64,000 bases of DNA from a virus: positions 1 through 64,000 of IMG/VR virus record IMGVR_UViG_3300021505_000001. One strand, 5' to 3'. Position 1 is the first letter of the stretch. Each line of letters starts with the position of its first letter. Below, one piece after another: positions 45,072 through 55,467 of this stretch. The translations under genes and the position numbers were made by a program. The notes under the pieces are model-generated. The model did no database searches, was not told the origin of the DNA, and worked only from the letters and a program-made list of their open reading frames with translations.

Positions 45072-48005
45072 TTACCATCCAATTTCAGCAATCCTTGTAA
45101 TTGAATTTGAATTATTTGCAAGAGTAATTCTTACAAAGTAACGATACCCACTATTAGCAGTGGATAATGTTCCCGCTGTCCAATTTATAATTAAAGAGTT
45201 ACCTGATTGTGAATGACCTGTCATTGCTCCGTCACCATCGGTTCCAGAGAATATAGCGGCGTTATAATCTTTACCTAAATCGAGCCATCCACTTTGAGAA
45301 GGCAGTTTAATTTCAACTTTAACATTTCCATTTGAGATAGCACTCCATGTAATATTATCAAGCTGTAATTGCCCTGAATTATGGGGTGTACTAGCTTGAT
45401 ACATTGATCTATAGTATACCTGATCTCCAGAGAATGTAGAGTAATCTAAACTTGAATTTTGATCTGGATTAGGATAAGTTGAGCTATTCCCACTAGGATA
45501 TACTAATGAACCATTAAATACTTGAGCATCACCATTACTTAAAAGTGCTGTACTATCCCATTGGCCAGTTAAGCTTCCACTTGCATTATCAAAGTTATAA
45601 GAAGAAGGAAGTCTCCTATTTTCATCTTGAAAAATATCATTCAATTCTGTTGAAACATTTCCGTAAGTATTTATTAATCGTGTTTCTGCATTAATACTAC
45701 TAATTCCTTCTCCCCAAGGATCGTAAGGAGTTGTTTCAATACTACCATCGGTTGTTGATACATTACTTTGATTTAAAACTAGTGTTTTAGTTGCGGAAAA
45801 GAGGTCATCATATTGAGGTGGAATAGAAATATTTGCATCATCCCAAATATCTAAGGTAATTGTTCCACCAGGCATACTTATTTCTATTAAATCATTTTCA
45901 ATATATGTATATTCAAATAAGTAGTCAGCACTAACAGTAATATCAAATTCTGTGTTCAGTCCATAAAATTTGACACCTGAGAGGTACTTAAAATTAACTG
46001 TTGCACCTTCAACTGCATTAACATCACCTATTGAGGGTCTTGATGATTCATTATCAACAAATAATGTAGTAGTATTTGTAGCTTCACTTTCATGTTCAAG
46101 GCGTATTTGATGATCACCTACACTTAAGTTACTATTTCCATAGGTTGTTCCAAAACGAACTTCCGCATTACCTTTTTGCCACATTGGAAAGTCATTATAC
46201 TTACCAACGGATGTAACATTTATATACCCAGCCGAAGAAGCTGCTGGTGTATAAGATTGATTCCCGTCTCTTTCAGACTCATTAAAGTAGGACTCTAAAT
46301 CAAAATCATCCATTTGATTATCATCTAAGAAGATTGCCAAACTTCCGGTATCTGCTTGATGAAATTTTGTTGATGGATCGGGTGTAGTCCCTATAAAAGA
46401 AGTATCTCTTGTTATAAAAGAGGTAGAATCTCCTGGATTGAGGTATCCGTTTGTTGGTACACCATCAGAAATTTTACCTGATGTAAATGTAGTACTCCAA
46501 TTTATATCTCCTTCTAAAGGTTCAGCATCATCAGGGGCTAAGTATTTAAGAACTTCATTAATATCGTCAACAGCATCATTTACTTGTGTTGAAGAATTAA
46601 GTCCAAGAAGTCCATCAGTATAAGTACCGTCAGTTGGAACCCCAAGAGGTCCAAGTCCACCACCAAGTGAGAGTGTATAGATTGGACGAACATCTTCTAC
46701 TGTAGAAACGGTATTACTGGCATCTGTAGAAAATCTATATAATGCTTGTCCTGTAAGAGGAGCTGTTTGAGGTGATGCTCCAGAGCTATAGTTAATACTA
46801 CCATTGTTCAAATCAACATATACCATATAATAGGTACTTGCTGTTTGAGACATAGTAAGTGTAGTACTTGTTGTTTTATCACCATCTTTATTGTAAACAC
46901 CTGCACCTACAGTTAAATTGATATTAGTACCGTCAGCAGTGAAAGCTGTAAGCGCAAAATCAATACCTTTAACAGCTCTTGGATCGTCTGTTCGTACTGC
47001 TTCATTTGCAGATGTTTCATTATCTTCACCTAACTTTACTTTACCACCTTGAGTAGTGGTAGCATAAGGTATATCACCTACAATTTGATCAGATGGGAAT
47101 ACAGCATTATCATCAAAAGTTGGCCAATCATTAAATTCCAGAACTTCATAGTATCCCCATATAATATTTGTATTGCTAGGGAAGGCATAGTTTGTTTCGG
47201 TTCCATCTTCTTCAATATAGTAAAAATATAAAGTCCAAGTTCCACCTGATTCGGTAAGACGTCCAAAAACTTTATTTCCATCAGTAGTGAGTACTTCATC
47301 TCTATCAGGATATGTAAGAACAGGACACCTATTATATGGGGTTGTAGTAACAACACCTACAGTTGTTTCATTACCACCAGGTGTTTTTCCACTCATATCA
47401 GAAGTAACATCAACACTATTGTTTCCACCAGTTACAGCAACTGAATTAGCTTCCTTAAGGAAAGCCATTTTTTTGTCAACTGAGGCAGCTGAAGTTTCTA
47501 CTGTTTCACCAATGTAGCGGTAAACTCGTATATGGAACGGTGTTGTGAGTCCTGATGCTTCTGGATCATTTTCAAACATCAACACACCGTTTTCATAATC
47601 AAAGAACCAATTTGTAGGATGTGCTGTAGGAACTTCCTTATTTGTATCTATATTTCCTGAACCATCATCTTCAAATATACGTACAGTATAAGTTTGATCA
47701 AATCTTGGTGGTATGAAACCCTTTAACTGAGTTGAAATATCATTAGGAGTAGAACAAGCTAACCAACCTTTATGATCTGCAACAGTTATATCTTCTGTAA
47801 GTTTTAAATCTGCATAATACTGTACAACACTTGTAGTAACTCCTGGAGCAGGAGTTGGTACAGTTTCCGACCAAACTTCGCCTGCATGCAGGTAAGTTAA
47901 GGCACCAGGGAACTCCTCATAAAAAGCTTTATCTAAGCTAGTGACCCTGCGTCCCTTTATCTTTTTAAAGACAAGATCAGTTTTTGTTTGTTGTGATAAT
48001 GGCAT
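45072..48005 (-). CDS. large virion structural protein
   Basis: Start corrected to MPLSQQ after AAGGAGG; Ser/Thr/Asp/Gly-rich beta composition; NDAVDDINEVLKYLAP helix. Confidence 0.8.
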   Translation of the reverse strand: MPLSQQTKTDLVFKKIKGRRVTSLDKAFYEEFPGALTYLHAGEVWSETVPTPAPGVTTSVVQYYADLKLTEDITVADHKGWLACSTPNDISTQLKGFIPPRFDQTYTVRIFEDDGSGNIDTNKEVPTAHPTNWFFDYENGVLMFENDPEASGLTTPFHIRVYRYIGETVETSAASVDKKMAFLKEANSVAVTGGNNSVDVTSDMSGKTPGGNETTVGVVTTTPYNRCPVLTYPDRDEVLTTDGNKVFGRLTESGGTWTLYFYYIEEDGTETNYAFPSNTNIIWGYYEVLEFNDWPTFDDNAVFPSDQIVGDIPYATTTQGGKVKLGEDNETSANEAVRTDDPRAVKGIDFALTAFTADGTNINLTVGAGVYNKDGDKTTSTTLTMSQTASTYYMVYVDLNNGSINYSSGASPQTAPLTGQALYRFSTDASNTVSTVEDVRPIYTLSLGGGLGPLGVPTDGTYTDGLLGLNSSTQVNDAVDDINEVLKYLAPDDAEPLEGDINWSTTFTSGKISDGVPTNGYLNPGDSTSFITRDTSFIGTTPDPSTKFHQADTGSLAIFLDDNQMDDFDLESYFNESERDGNQSYTPAASSAGYINVTSVGKYNDFPMWQKGNAEVRFGTTYGNSNLSVGDHQIRLEHESEATNTTTLFVDNESSRPSIGDVNAVEGATVNFKYLSGVKFYGLNTEFDITVSADYLFEYTYIENDLIEISMPGGTITLDIWDDANISIPPQYDDLFSATKTLVLNQSNVSTTDGSIETTPYDPWGEGISSINAETRLINTYGNVSTELNDIFQDENRRLPSSYNFDNASGSLTGQWDSTALLSNGDAQVFNGSLVYPSGNSSTYPNPDQNSSLDYSTFSGDQVYYRSMYQASTPHNSGQLQLDNITWSAISNGNVKVEIKLPSQSGWLDLGKDYNAAIFSGTDGDGAMTGHSQSGNSLIINWTAGTLSTANSGYRYFVRITLANNSNSITRIAEIGW

Positions 48006-48123
48006 TTCTAAATCCTCCTTATTATTGTTGTTTGAAGTAAATATAGTTAGTATAGGCATTTTATATAACCTTCCTATTTATAAACATTTAAATTATTTAA
48101 ATGTTTTATTTGTAGAATGTTAA

Positions 48124-49752
48124 TTATTCGAAGTCCCATATTTCCGTAATATTTTTTGTTGAATTTATTAATGTTATTCTGAGAATATACATATTCCCTG
48201 AAGAGGCTGTTGAAAAAGTACCTGAAGTCCAATTTATAGTTAATACATCTCCTGATTGTGAATGACCTGTCATCGCACCGTCATCATCAGCTCCAGTAAA
48301 TATAGCAGCATTATAATCTTTACTTAAATCAAGCCATCCAGTCTGTGAAGGTAATTTCAGATGAATATTTAAATTACTCCCTAAATCACTCCATAAAATT
48401 CCTTTTATACGTAGTTGACCAGAATTATGAGGGTTTCCTGAATCACGAAAAGCTCTAAAATATAATTGATCACCAGTAAATGTAGAGTAGTTTGTTCCTG
48501 CTTGTTGTGGTGAAGGCTCCCATCCATTTGTAAAATCAATTGATGGATATACTAATCTATTTACATATACCTGAGCATTTCCGTTAACTAATACTTGAGA
48601 TGAATCCCATTGTCCTATTATAGAAGAAGGAATAGAGGAATAATCTCCATATGGGAGACGATAAGTTTCATCAACAAAATATTCATGAGTATCAGTTGAA
48701 ATACTGTTATAAGTATTCCATAAACAATAACTACGTGTTATTGAAGATGAAACCCCCCATCCTATTGGGTCCCGTGCTTGGGAAGTAAAAGTAATACTAT
48801 CTCCTGCTCCAATTCTATTACACTGTAAATTGTTTGTATAATTCCACGCATCATTATAATCTGGTGGTGTAGAATATCCACTGGAATGTGTATCATTCCA
48901 GGCTATATTCATATTGTTATGTACTGATGAATAGAATCTTACAGGCAAAGATACATAAGTTTTATCAAAAACTCCAACTACAGATATATCTATCCCCCAT
49001 GAAGTATTTATATCATAGTATTCAATTCCAGACATGAATATTGTACTTTCAGAATTAAGTGTTGCCATAAAACCATCTATTGAGGGTCTTCCTGAATCAT
49101 CAAAAAACAAATTATATGTTGGAGATGAATCATTAGTAGAATCATATGAATGATTTACTCTTATGGAATTCTCACCAACATTAATATCTCCTGATGTTAA
49201 GGAAAAAGAGGCGTTTCCTTTTTGATAAGCAGGAAAATTGTTAAACCAACCTACAGATGTAATAGTTATTCTATTCCCAGAAGATGAAGCTGGTGGATAG
49301 GATTGGTTTCCATTCTTTTCTGATTCATTAAAATGAGAAGCTAAATCAAAACTATCTATAGATGTTCCATTAGTATATACTTCTAAAATACCTTTATCTG
49401 CATTTGAAAAACGAATGTTTGGTTCTGATGTACTAAAATGTATATTTGCTGTAGTAACTATGGTATTTATATACTCCCCAGCACTAAAAGTATTTAAACT
49501 TGAGTGATTTGCTACATAACCACTATAAAATGTTGTTGAGAATGTAATATCATTTAAAGGAGAGGGTGGGTCTGGTAAGAGATAAGCAAGAGTTTCATTA
49601 AGTTTATCTAAAGCATCAGGATGTGAATCATTAGGAGAAATATTTGCAGCTCCATCCTCCCATGAACCATCAGAAGGGGTTCCTATATTTCCACTACTAG
49701 AACTTTCATAATAATCAGGCTTGCCTGTTAAAGGATTATATTTATAAGACAT
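48124..49752 (-). CDS. virion protein, paralog of the C-terminal ~520 aa of 45072-48005
   Basis: MSYKYNPLTG start; shares KLPSQxGWLDLxKDYNAAIFxGxDxDGAMTGHSQSG. Confidence 0.8.
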   Translation of the reverse strand: MSYKYNPLTGKPDYYESSSSGNIGTPSDGSWEDGAANISPNDSHPDALDKLNETLAYLLPDPPSPLNDITFSTTFYSGYVANHSSLNTFSAGEYINTIVTTANIHFSTSEPNIRFSNADKGILEVYTNGTSIDSFDLASHFNESEKNGNQSYPPASSSGNRITITSVGWFNNFPAYQKGNASFSLTSGDINVGENSIRVNHSYDSTNDSSPTYNLFFDDSGRPSIDGFMATLNSESTIFMSGIEYYDINTSWGIDISVVGVFDKTYVSLPVRFYSSVHNNMNIAWNDTHSSGYSTPPDYNDAWNYTNNLQCNRIGAGDSITFTSQARDPIGWGVSSSITRSYCLWNTYNSISTDTHEYFVDETYRLPYGDYSSIPSSIIGQWDSSQVLVNGNAQVYVNRLVYPSIDFTNGWEPSPQQAGTNYSTFTGDQLYFRAFRDSGNPHNSGQLRIKGILWSDLGSNLNIHLKLPSQTGWLDLSKDYNAAIFTGADDDGAMTGHSQSGDVLTINWTSGTFSTASSGNMYILRITLINSTKNITEIWDFE

Positions 49753-49848
49753 TATGAATCACACTCCATTTTATAGTTTATCTAATGTTTTTACAAAGGA
49801 TAAATTATAATTTAAAAGAATTAATTTATTTTTCTGTTTAAAAGAAAA

Positions 49849-49882
49849 AAAGGAATAGAATTAAATAAATTCTATTCCTTTA
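49849..49882 (-). terminator. intrinsic terminator
   Basis: AAAGGAATAGAATT-AAATA-AATTCTATTCCTTT with a minus-strand U tract. Confidence 0.75.
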
Positions 49883-49919
49883 AATTTATTCATCTTTAAA
49901 TTATGGATGAATTATGGTA

Positions 49920-50129
49920 TTATACTTCAAGTGATGTTTCACCATATTTAATTGATAAAGTATTATCATCTGTGATTGTTACACGAATATTTTGAGAACC
50001 ATCGAGAACATTTGCAAGGTCTGATGCATTATCTATATTAATTGGTTCTATTTCAAATATGTAACTCTCAGCATTTGGTGGATAATTAATAACTATTGTT
50101 CCTTTGGTTGGTCCATTTGTTCTTGCCAT
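49920..50129 (-). CDS. small hypothetical (probably late) protein
   Basis: AAGGAGG RBS, AAAACATT upstream, terminator downstream. Confidence 0.7.
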   Translation of the reverse strand: MARTNGPTKGTIVINYPPNAESYIFEIEPINIDNASDLANVLDGSQNIRVTITDDNTLSIKYGETSLEV

Positions 50130-50272
50130 TCTATTTCCTCCTTAGATTTTTAAGTACTTATATGTTTCAATTTGCTTAATGTTTTAAGGTTGTAAAAAAT
50201 AATTCTTTAAATAATAATAAAAACATAGTATCCTTACTATAGAAATGTTTTGTTATAACATGGAGATTTAAT

Positions 50273-51211
50273 ATGGAAAAAAGATTGAATCGTTTATGGG
50301 GATGTATTGTTGGTGGAGCTATAGGTGATGCTCTTGGTATTTATAATGAATTTTCTAATATATATGATAGTTCATTTGAAAAAGTGGATACCTACAAAAG
50401 TGGTGGTAAACACAATGTTCCAGCAGGAACATGGTCTGATGATACATCGATGTCTTTATGTACTATACAAAGTCTCATTGAAAAGGAACGATTTGATCCA
50501 GAAGATATTAAAAACAAATTCTTACAATGGTATAGAAGGGGAGATTTTTCATGTAATGGAAAATGTTTTGATATTGGAGTAACTACTCGTAAAGCTATTC
50601 AGGAGTATGAATCTAACCATGTAATATTTAGTACAAAGGACAATATTCTTGAATCAGGTGATGGTTCTTTGATGAGAATTTATCCATTGGCTTTATTTTA
50701 TCATGATAAAGAAGATTTATTTGAGAAAGTTATAATTATGGGGTCTAAACTAACCCATAGTAGTCCATTAGCTGTATATGCCTGTGTTGTATTTTCATAT
50801 TATCTTAAAGCTATTCTTGAAGGGGTTCCTAAAGATATTATAGCGAAGCCATATTTTAAAACAAAAGATGTTAAATGGAAAAAAGGTGAACTCCCTCAAC
50901 AGATTGAAAATATTGTAAAAGGTGGTTGGCAAATAGGAGTAACCCTTAATAATGTGTCTCCTTATTGTGTAGATATATTATCTGTAGTGTTGTACGAATT
51001 CTTTACAAAGAATTCTTTTAAAGAAGGGATGGTATCAATTATAAATAAAGGTGGTGATACAGATACACTTGGGGCTATCTATGGAAATATAGCGGGTTGT
51101 TATTATGGACTTACGAGTATTCCTTCAGAATGGATATATGGTTTACGTAATACTAGAGATATACTGTTAACGGCTGTACCTTTTATAAGAATGATTGTTG
51201 GAGAGTTTTAA
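50273..51211 (+). CDS. ADP-ribosylglycohydrolase (DraG/ARH family)
   Basis: GGAIGDALG, WSDDTSM, FDIG, GDGSLMR, LTH, GGDTDTLGAI. Confidence 0.93.
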   Translation: MEKRLNRLWGCIVGGAIGDALGIYNEFSNIYDSSFEKVDTYKSGGKHNVPAGTWSDDTSMSLCTIQSLIEKERFDPEDIKNKFLQWYRRGDFSCNGKCFDIGVTTRKAIQEYESNHVIFSTKDNILESGDGSLMRIYPLALFYHDKEDLFEKVIIMGSKLTHSSPLAVYACVVFSYYLKAILEGVPKDIIAKPYFKTKDVKWKKGELPQQIENIVKGGWQIGVTLNNVSPYCVDILSVVLYEFFTKNSFKEGMVSIINKGGDTDTLGAIYGNIAGCYYGLTSIPSEWIYGLRNTRDILLTAVPFIRMIVGEF

Positions 51212-51212
51212 T

Positions 51213-52304
51213 ATGTTTAAAAAAATACAAATACAAAATTTTCAGGCTCATCAGAATACTATCATAGACCTCACAGATAATGTAAATGTTATATCAGGTC
51301 CTTCTGATTCAGGAAAATCAGCTATTATCAGAGCATTGAAATGGCTTTGTTTTAATAGAGCTAGGGGAGAGTATTTATCTGATTTTGTTGATAAATCAGC
51401 AACAGTATCTGTAAAGGTTTGGTTGGATTCAGGACAGATAATTGAACGCTTTAGAAATAAAAATAATAATGGATACCGAATATGGGATTCTGAAAAGTCT
51501 GATAAATATGAAGAATTTAAAGCCATAAGACAAGATGTTCCAAAAGAAGTAAGAAAATTGTTACAAATAGATGATGTAAACTTTCAGGAACAAATTTTGA
51601 ATCCTTATTTTATGTTGGAAGATACTCCAGGACAAATCACTAAACGTTTTAATAAATTAGGTGGTTTGGAAACAATGGATTTAGCCATTACAATGGCAAA
51701 TCGTTTGGTGTTAAAGAAACGCAAGAAACTTGAAGTATTAAGAGACGAGCTTGATTCTGTAAATCAAGATATAGAAAGAACTGAATGGGTACTGAAAATA
51801 AAAGATGAAATAGAAGAAGTTGAAAATTTAAGAAATGAGATTGATTCTATAGTTAAGATAATACAAACAGCAGAAATTTTATCCTCCCGTTTGGAAAGCA
51901 TTGAAAGTAAACTTTATAAACTGAAAGGCATCGATAAAATAAAAAAGGAGATTGAGGTAATAGATGAAATAAACTTTAAGGTGAACAAGTTTAATTCTAT
52001 AATAGAAAGAATAGATTATTTTATTTCAAGTTTAATAAAACTTACAGATAAAATAACACAGAATAAGAAATTTCTGAAAGTAAAGTCAAACATAGAAAAA
52101 CTAATTGAAACTTATAAAGAAATAAATGACTTAGAAGTTTCAATAGATAGGATATCAGGATATATCCAAAAGTTTAATGATGTACGTGGTAGGTTAAGAA
52201 CAACAAAGCAGGAACTTATTGGCAGAAGAAAGGAATATGAAAATCTATTAAATGTTATTGGGGTTTGTCCTTTATGTAATAGTGTTTTAACACAGAAAGG
52301 ATAG
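51213..52304 (+). CDS. Rad50/SbcC N-terminal half (Walker A, coiled coil, zinc hook)
   Basis: IQNFQAH, GPSDSGKSAIIRAL, Q-loop NFQEQ, terminal CPLC; start at MFKK. Confidence 0.88.
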   Translation: MFKKIQIQNFQAHQNTIIDLTDNVNVISGPSDSGKSAIIRALKWLCFNRARGEYLSDFVDKSATVSVKVWLDSGQIIERFRNKNNNGYRIWDSEKSDKYEEFKAIRQDVPKEVRKLLQIDDVNFQEQILNPYFMLEDTPGQITKRFNKLGGLETMDLAITMANRLVLKKRKKLEVLRDELDSVNQDIERTEWVLKIKDEIEEVENLRNEIDSIVKIIQTAEILSSRLESIESKLYKLKGIDKIKKEIEVIDEINFKVNKFNSIIERIDYFISSLIKLTDKITQNKKFLKVKSNIEKLIETYKEINDLEVSIDRISGYIQKFNDVRGRLRTTKQELIGRRKEYENLLNVIGVCPLCNSVLTQKG

Positions 52305-52311
52305 GTTTATT

Positions 52312-52827
52312 ATGAACAGTGTTGAATTTGTAACTAAATACATGATGTTAAGGCATCCTTATATTTTTCCATCAAAGATAAGTGTACTTGATTATCTTTT
52401 TATGTCAAATGGAAATGGTTGTGAATGGAAAAATGGTGAAATTCATCCATCTGAAGGGATTCCATCTGATTTGGATTTTGATAAATTAGCAGATTCTACT
52501 CGTAAAAAGATAGAAAGAAACAAGGATTATCCAGAAATCGTTAAGAGGCAATGTTATTTTATAATAGATAATGTGGATCTTTTGATTAAGAAAAACTATC
52601 CCTTCCAACCTTATCAAAATTATTATGGAATTTACAAGGATGTTTCCTTATGTACAAAAATACCTGATGATATTAAAGAGGATTGGCGTCGTGCCCTGCT
52701 TGGATTTATAAGATATTATAAACTTTATCTTAATGAGATGATGAAAGGCAAAGTTACCATTAGTGATACAAGTTATATTGAACAGATAACATATGTTGAA
52801 GCTATAATAAAACGTTGTGAAGAATAA
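52312..52827 (+). CDS. hypothetical protein
   Basis: 171-aa ORF in operon. Confidence 0.7.
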   Translation: MNSVEFVTKYMMLRHPYIFPSKISVLDYLFMSNGNGCEWKNGEIHPSEGIPSDLDFDKLADSTRKKIERNKDYPEIVKRQCYFIIDNVDLLIKKNYPFQPYQNYYGIYKDVSLCTKIPDDIKEDWRRALLGFIRYYKLYLNEMMKGKVTISDTSYIEQITYVEAIIKRCEE

Positions 52828-52840
52828 AAGAGAGGCCATA

Positions 52841-55402
52841 ATGATACAGAGTATTCTTAAATTAAAAGACTTGAATTTTGAAAAGACATTTAAAGTAATG
52901 GGGGAGACTCTTCATTATTTTACAGTCAAGAATAAGAACTTAGGTATATATATTCTTGAGAGAGAAAAAGAAGAAGAGTTACGAATATGTGCTTGGAATA
53001 TTAGAAGTAGGCGTCCTTATATTAATTTTTTTACAACTCCAAAGGATAACTGTGTTAATACTATAAATACTCTTGTTCAGTCTAAATTGGATAGCTCTAA
53101 AGTACCAAACAGTTATATTCTTGCTATTCTTACAATACATACATTGAGGTGGCATAATGATTTTGCCTCTTCGTTACAAAAACAACTTATAAATACAGGA
53201 AGCTTAACTCGAAAACAGATAAGTTTTGTTCTTGGACTTACAAGTCCGAATGGAATGCCTACTTTGGAATCACAATGTTACCGTAAGGTTCCTTTAGAAG
53301 AAATAATATATATTTATTGTATAGGATATAATAAAAATCTTGAGAAACCAAAATCATCTACATTAAGAAAAAATAAAATCGTTAACTATAAGTATAAGAG
53401 TTTAGAACCTATATCACATGAATCTGTTGAATTAATACCTACTCAACAATACTCCTATTATAAGTATCCTTTTGAAAACTTTAATCCTATACAATCTGTA
53501 GTATATCCATATCAAGATGAGGATTGTAATATAGTCATAAGTGCTGCTACGAGTGCAGGAAAAACAATATGTGCTGAATTCTTTATAGATAAAGAACTTG
53601 AGAAGGGAAATAAAATTGTTTATTTATCCCCTCTTAAGTCTCTTACACAGGAAAAATATGATGATTGGAGTAAACGTTATGCAGATAAAGAAATTTGTAT
53701 AATGACAGGGGATTATGTTTTATCAAATGAAATGAAACGTAAGGCTATGAAAGCTGATATTATTGTTTTAACATCCGAAATGTTAGATAGCCGAACACGT
53801 AATATGTCTATTGAGAAAAATGAGTGGATTTATAAAGCAGGATTGTGTATTGTTGATGAATCTCATATTATAGGAACTGATAGAGGAAGTGCTGTTGAAG
53901 TTGGCTTAATGAGGTTTACAGATATTAATCCTACTGCTAGAATTGTACTTTTATCTGCTACAATGCCTAATGTTTATGATTTTAAAATTTGGTTAGAAAA
54001 TCTTAACCATAAAAAAACCAAAATTGTATATATGAAATGGCGTCCTGTTGAACTTGATGTTAGTTACATTGGACATATAAAAGGAACTTATCATGTTAAA
54101 GAAAAAGATAAAATTAATAAAGCGATTGAAGAGATACAAAAGAAACCGAAAGAAAAATTCCTTGTGTTCGTACATACAAAAGCAACGGGAAGAAAATTAA
54201 AAGATCGTCTTGAAGAAGAAGGAATAAAATGTGAATTTCATAATGCTGATTTATCCTTAAAGAATAGGTTATATATTGAAGATTCATTCTGTGATAGATC
54301 AGAAAGTTCTTTAAGAGTTATTATTGCTACTTCAACATTAGCTTGGGGTGTAAATTTACCTGCAAGGAATGTTATTATAGTAGGTGTTCATAGAGGTATT
54401 CAGGAAGTCGATGTTTTGGATATTATTCAGATGATGGGACGTGCAGGTAGGTTTGGGATAGATGATAAAGGATTTGTTAAACTTATTGTTCCAGAAAATA
54501 AAATAAAGTTGTGGAAACAATATATAGAGAAACAACGTCCAATCATGTCGAACCTTCTTGGAGTAGATGCTTTAACTTTTCATATACTTGCATCTATTTA
54601 TACTAATGATATACGTGTAAAGAATGATTTTAACAGATGGTATGAAAGATCATTTGCCAGAGTACAAGACCTCAATGTAAATAAAGATACTATTGATAAT
54701 ATTGTTAATAGTCTTTTAGAAATGAACATGATAAATATGGATGGAGATGTGATTCATTTAACTCCTTTAGGTAAGATAGCAGCATCTCTTTATTTTAGTC
54801 CTTTTGATATTTATGATTGGTATAAGAACTTCAACTATTTGTTTAGGAAAAAGGTGAAGTTAAATGATTCTACAATTGCTTGGGCGTTGTCGTCAGTATC
54901 CTCATATACTTTACCTTATGTTCCTTCTGATTTTGAAGGGTATTTACCTGATGTGCGTGTTACACTTACAAAGTGTGGTTTAAAAAAGTCTAATCTTAGT
55001 ATAAACATATTACACTATCTTGGATGTATAGCATCTTTAGATAATACTTTACATTTTCCGTCAGCTTTAAATCCTACTAAAAGGCTTTTTCAAACTGATT
55101 CAGGTAGGATTTGCACAGCTCTATCAATGATTGATTCTACTGTAGCTTTTTGGAACAAACAAAGTTTGTGGAAACAATTACCTATCAGAATGGAATTTGG
55201 AATACCATCATCTATGTTGGATTTGGTTAGGGTTCCTGGTATTGGTGGTAGAAGAGCACGTAGTTTATATGAAAAAGGGTTTTATTCTGTAAGTGATATA
55301 GCAAATGGGAATTTACATTTGATAATAGATGCTGTTAAATCAAAGAAAATAGCTGAAACTATTAAGAAAAATGCTATTAAGATATATAATAAAGAAAATT
55401 AA
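52841..55402 (+). CDS. Ski2/Hel308-like SF2 helicase with an N-terminal extension and C-terminal HhH
   Basis: FNPIQ, ATSAGKT, PLKSL, DESH, LSATMPN, ATSTLAWGVNLPA, QMMGRAGR, VPGIGGRRARSLY. Start placed at the ATG after GAGG. Confidence 0.9.
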   Translation: MIQSILKLKDLNFEKTFKVMGETLHYFTVKNKNLGIYILEREKEEELRICAWNIRSRRPYINFFTTPKDNCVNTINTLVQSKLDSSKVPNSYILAILTIHTLRWHNDFASSLQKQLINTGSLTRKQISFVLGLTSPNGMPTLESQCYRKVPLEEIIYIYCIGYNKNLEKPKSSTLRKNKIVNYKYKSLEPISHESVELIPTQQYSYYKYPFENFNPIQSVVYPYQDEDCNIVISAATSAGKTICAEFFIDKELEKGNKIVYLSPLKSLTQEKYDDWSKRYADKEICIMTGDYVLSNEMKRKAMKADIIVLTSEMLDSRTRNMSIEKNEWIYKAGLCIVDESHIIGTDRGSAVEVGLMRFTDINPTARIVLLSATMPNVYDFKIWLENLNHKKTKIVYMKWRPVELDVSYIGHIKGTYHVKEKDKINKAIEEIQKKPKEKFLVFVHTKATGRKLKDRLEEEGIKCEFHNADLSLKNRLYIEDSFCDRSESSLRVIIATSTLAWGVNLPARNVIIVGVHRGIQEVDVLDIIQMMGRAGRFGIDDKGFVKLIVPENKIKLWKQYIEKQRPIMSNLLGVDALTFHILASIYTNDIRVKNDFNRWYERSFARVQDLNVNKDTIDNIVNSLLEMNMINMDGDVIHLTPLGKIAASLYFSPFDIYDWYKNFNYLFRKKVKLNDSTIAWALSSVSSYTLPYVPSDFEGYLPDVRVTLTKCGLKKSNLSINILHYLGCIASLDNTLHFPSALNPTKRLFQTDSGRICTALSMIDSTVAFWNKQSLWKQLPIRMEFGIPSSMLDLVRVPGIGGRRARSLYEKGFYSVSDIANGNLHLIIDAVKSKKIAETIKKNAIKIYNKEN

Positions 55403-55412
55403 AAATTCTGTT

Positions 55413-55440
55413 TTGAAAAATTTTATTTTTTGTGTATAAT
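55413..55440 (+). promoter_or_regulatory. sigma70-type promoter
   Basis: TTGAAA-16 bp-TATAAT upstream of GAGG RBS and ATG 55468. Confidence 0.6.
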
Positions 55441-55467
55441 TATCTAAAAGTCATAAGAGGTATAGAT

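Noticed and set aside
45190-48360. Diversity-generating retroelement TR/VR pair in the paralogous virion genes
   Set aside because: Differences are not adenine-specific, both copies are coding, and no reverse transcriptase is in the window
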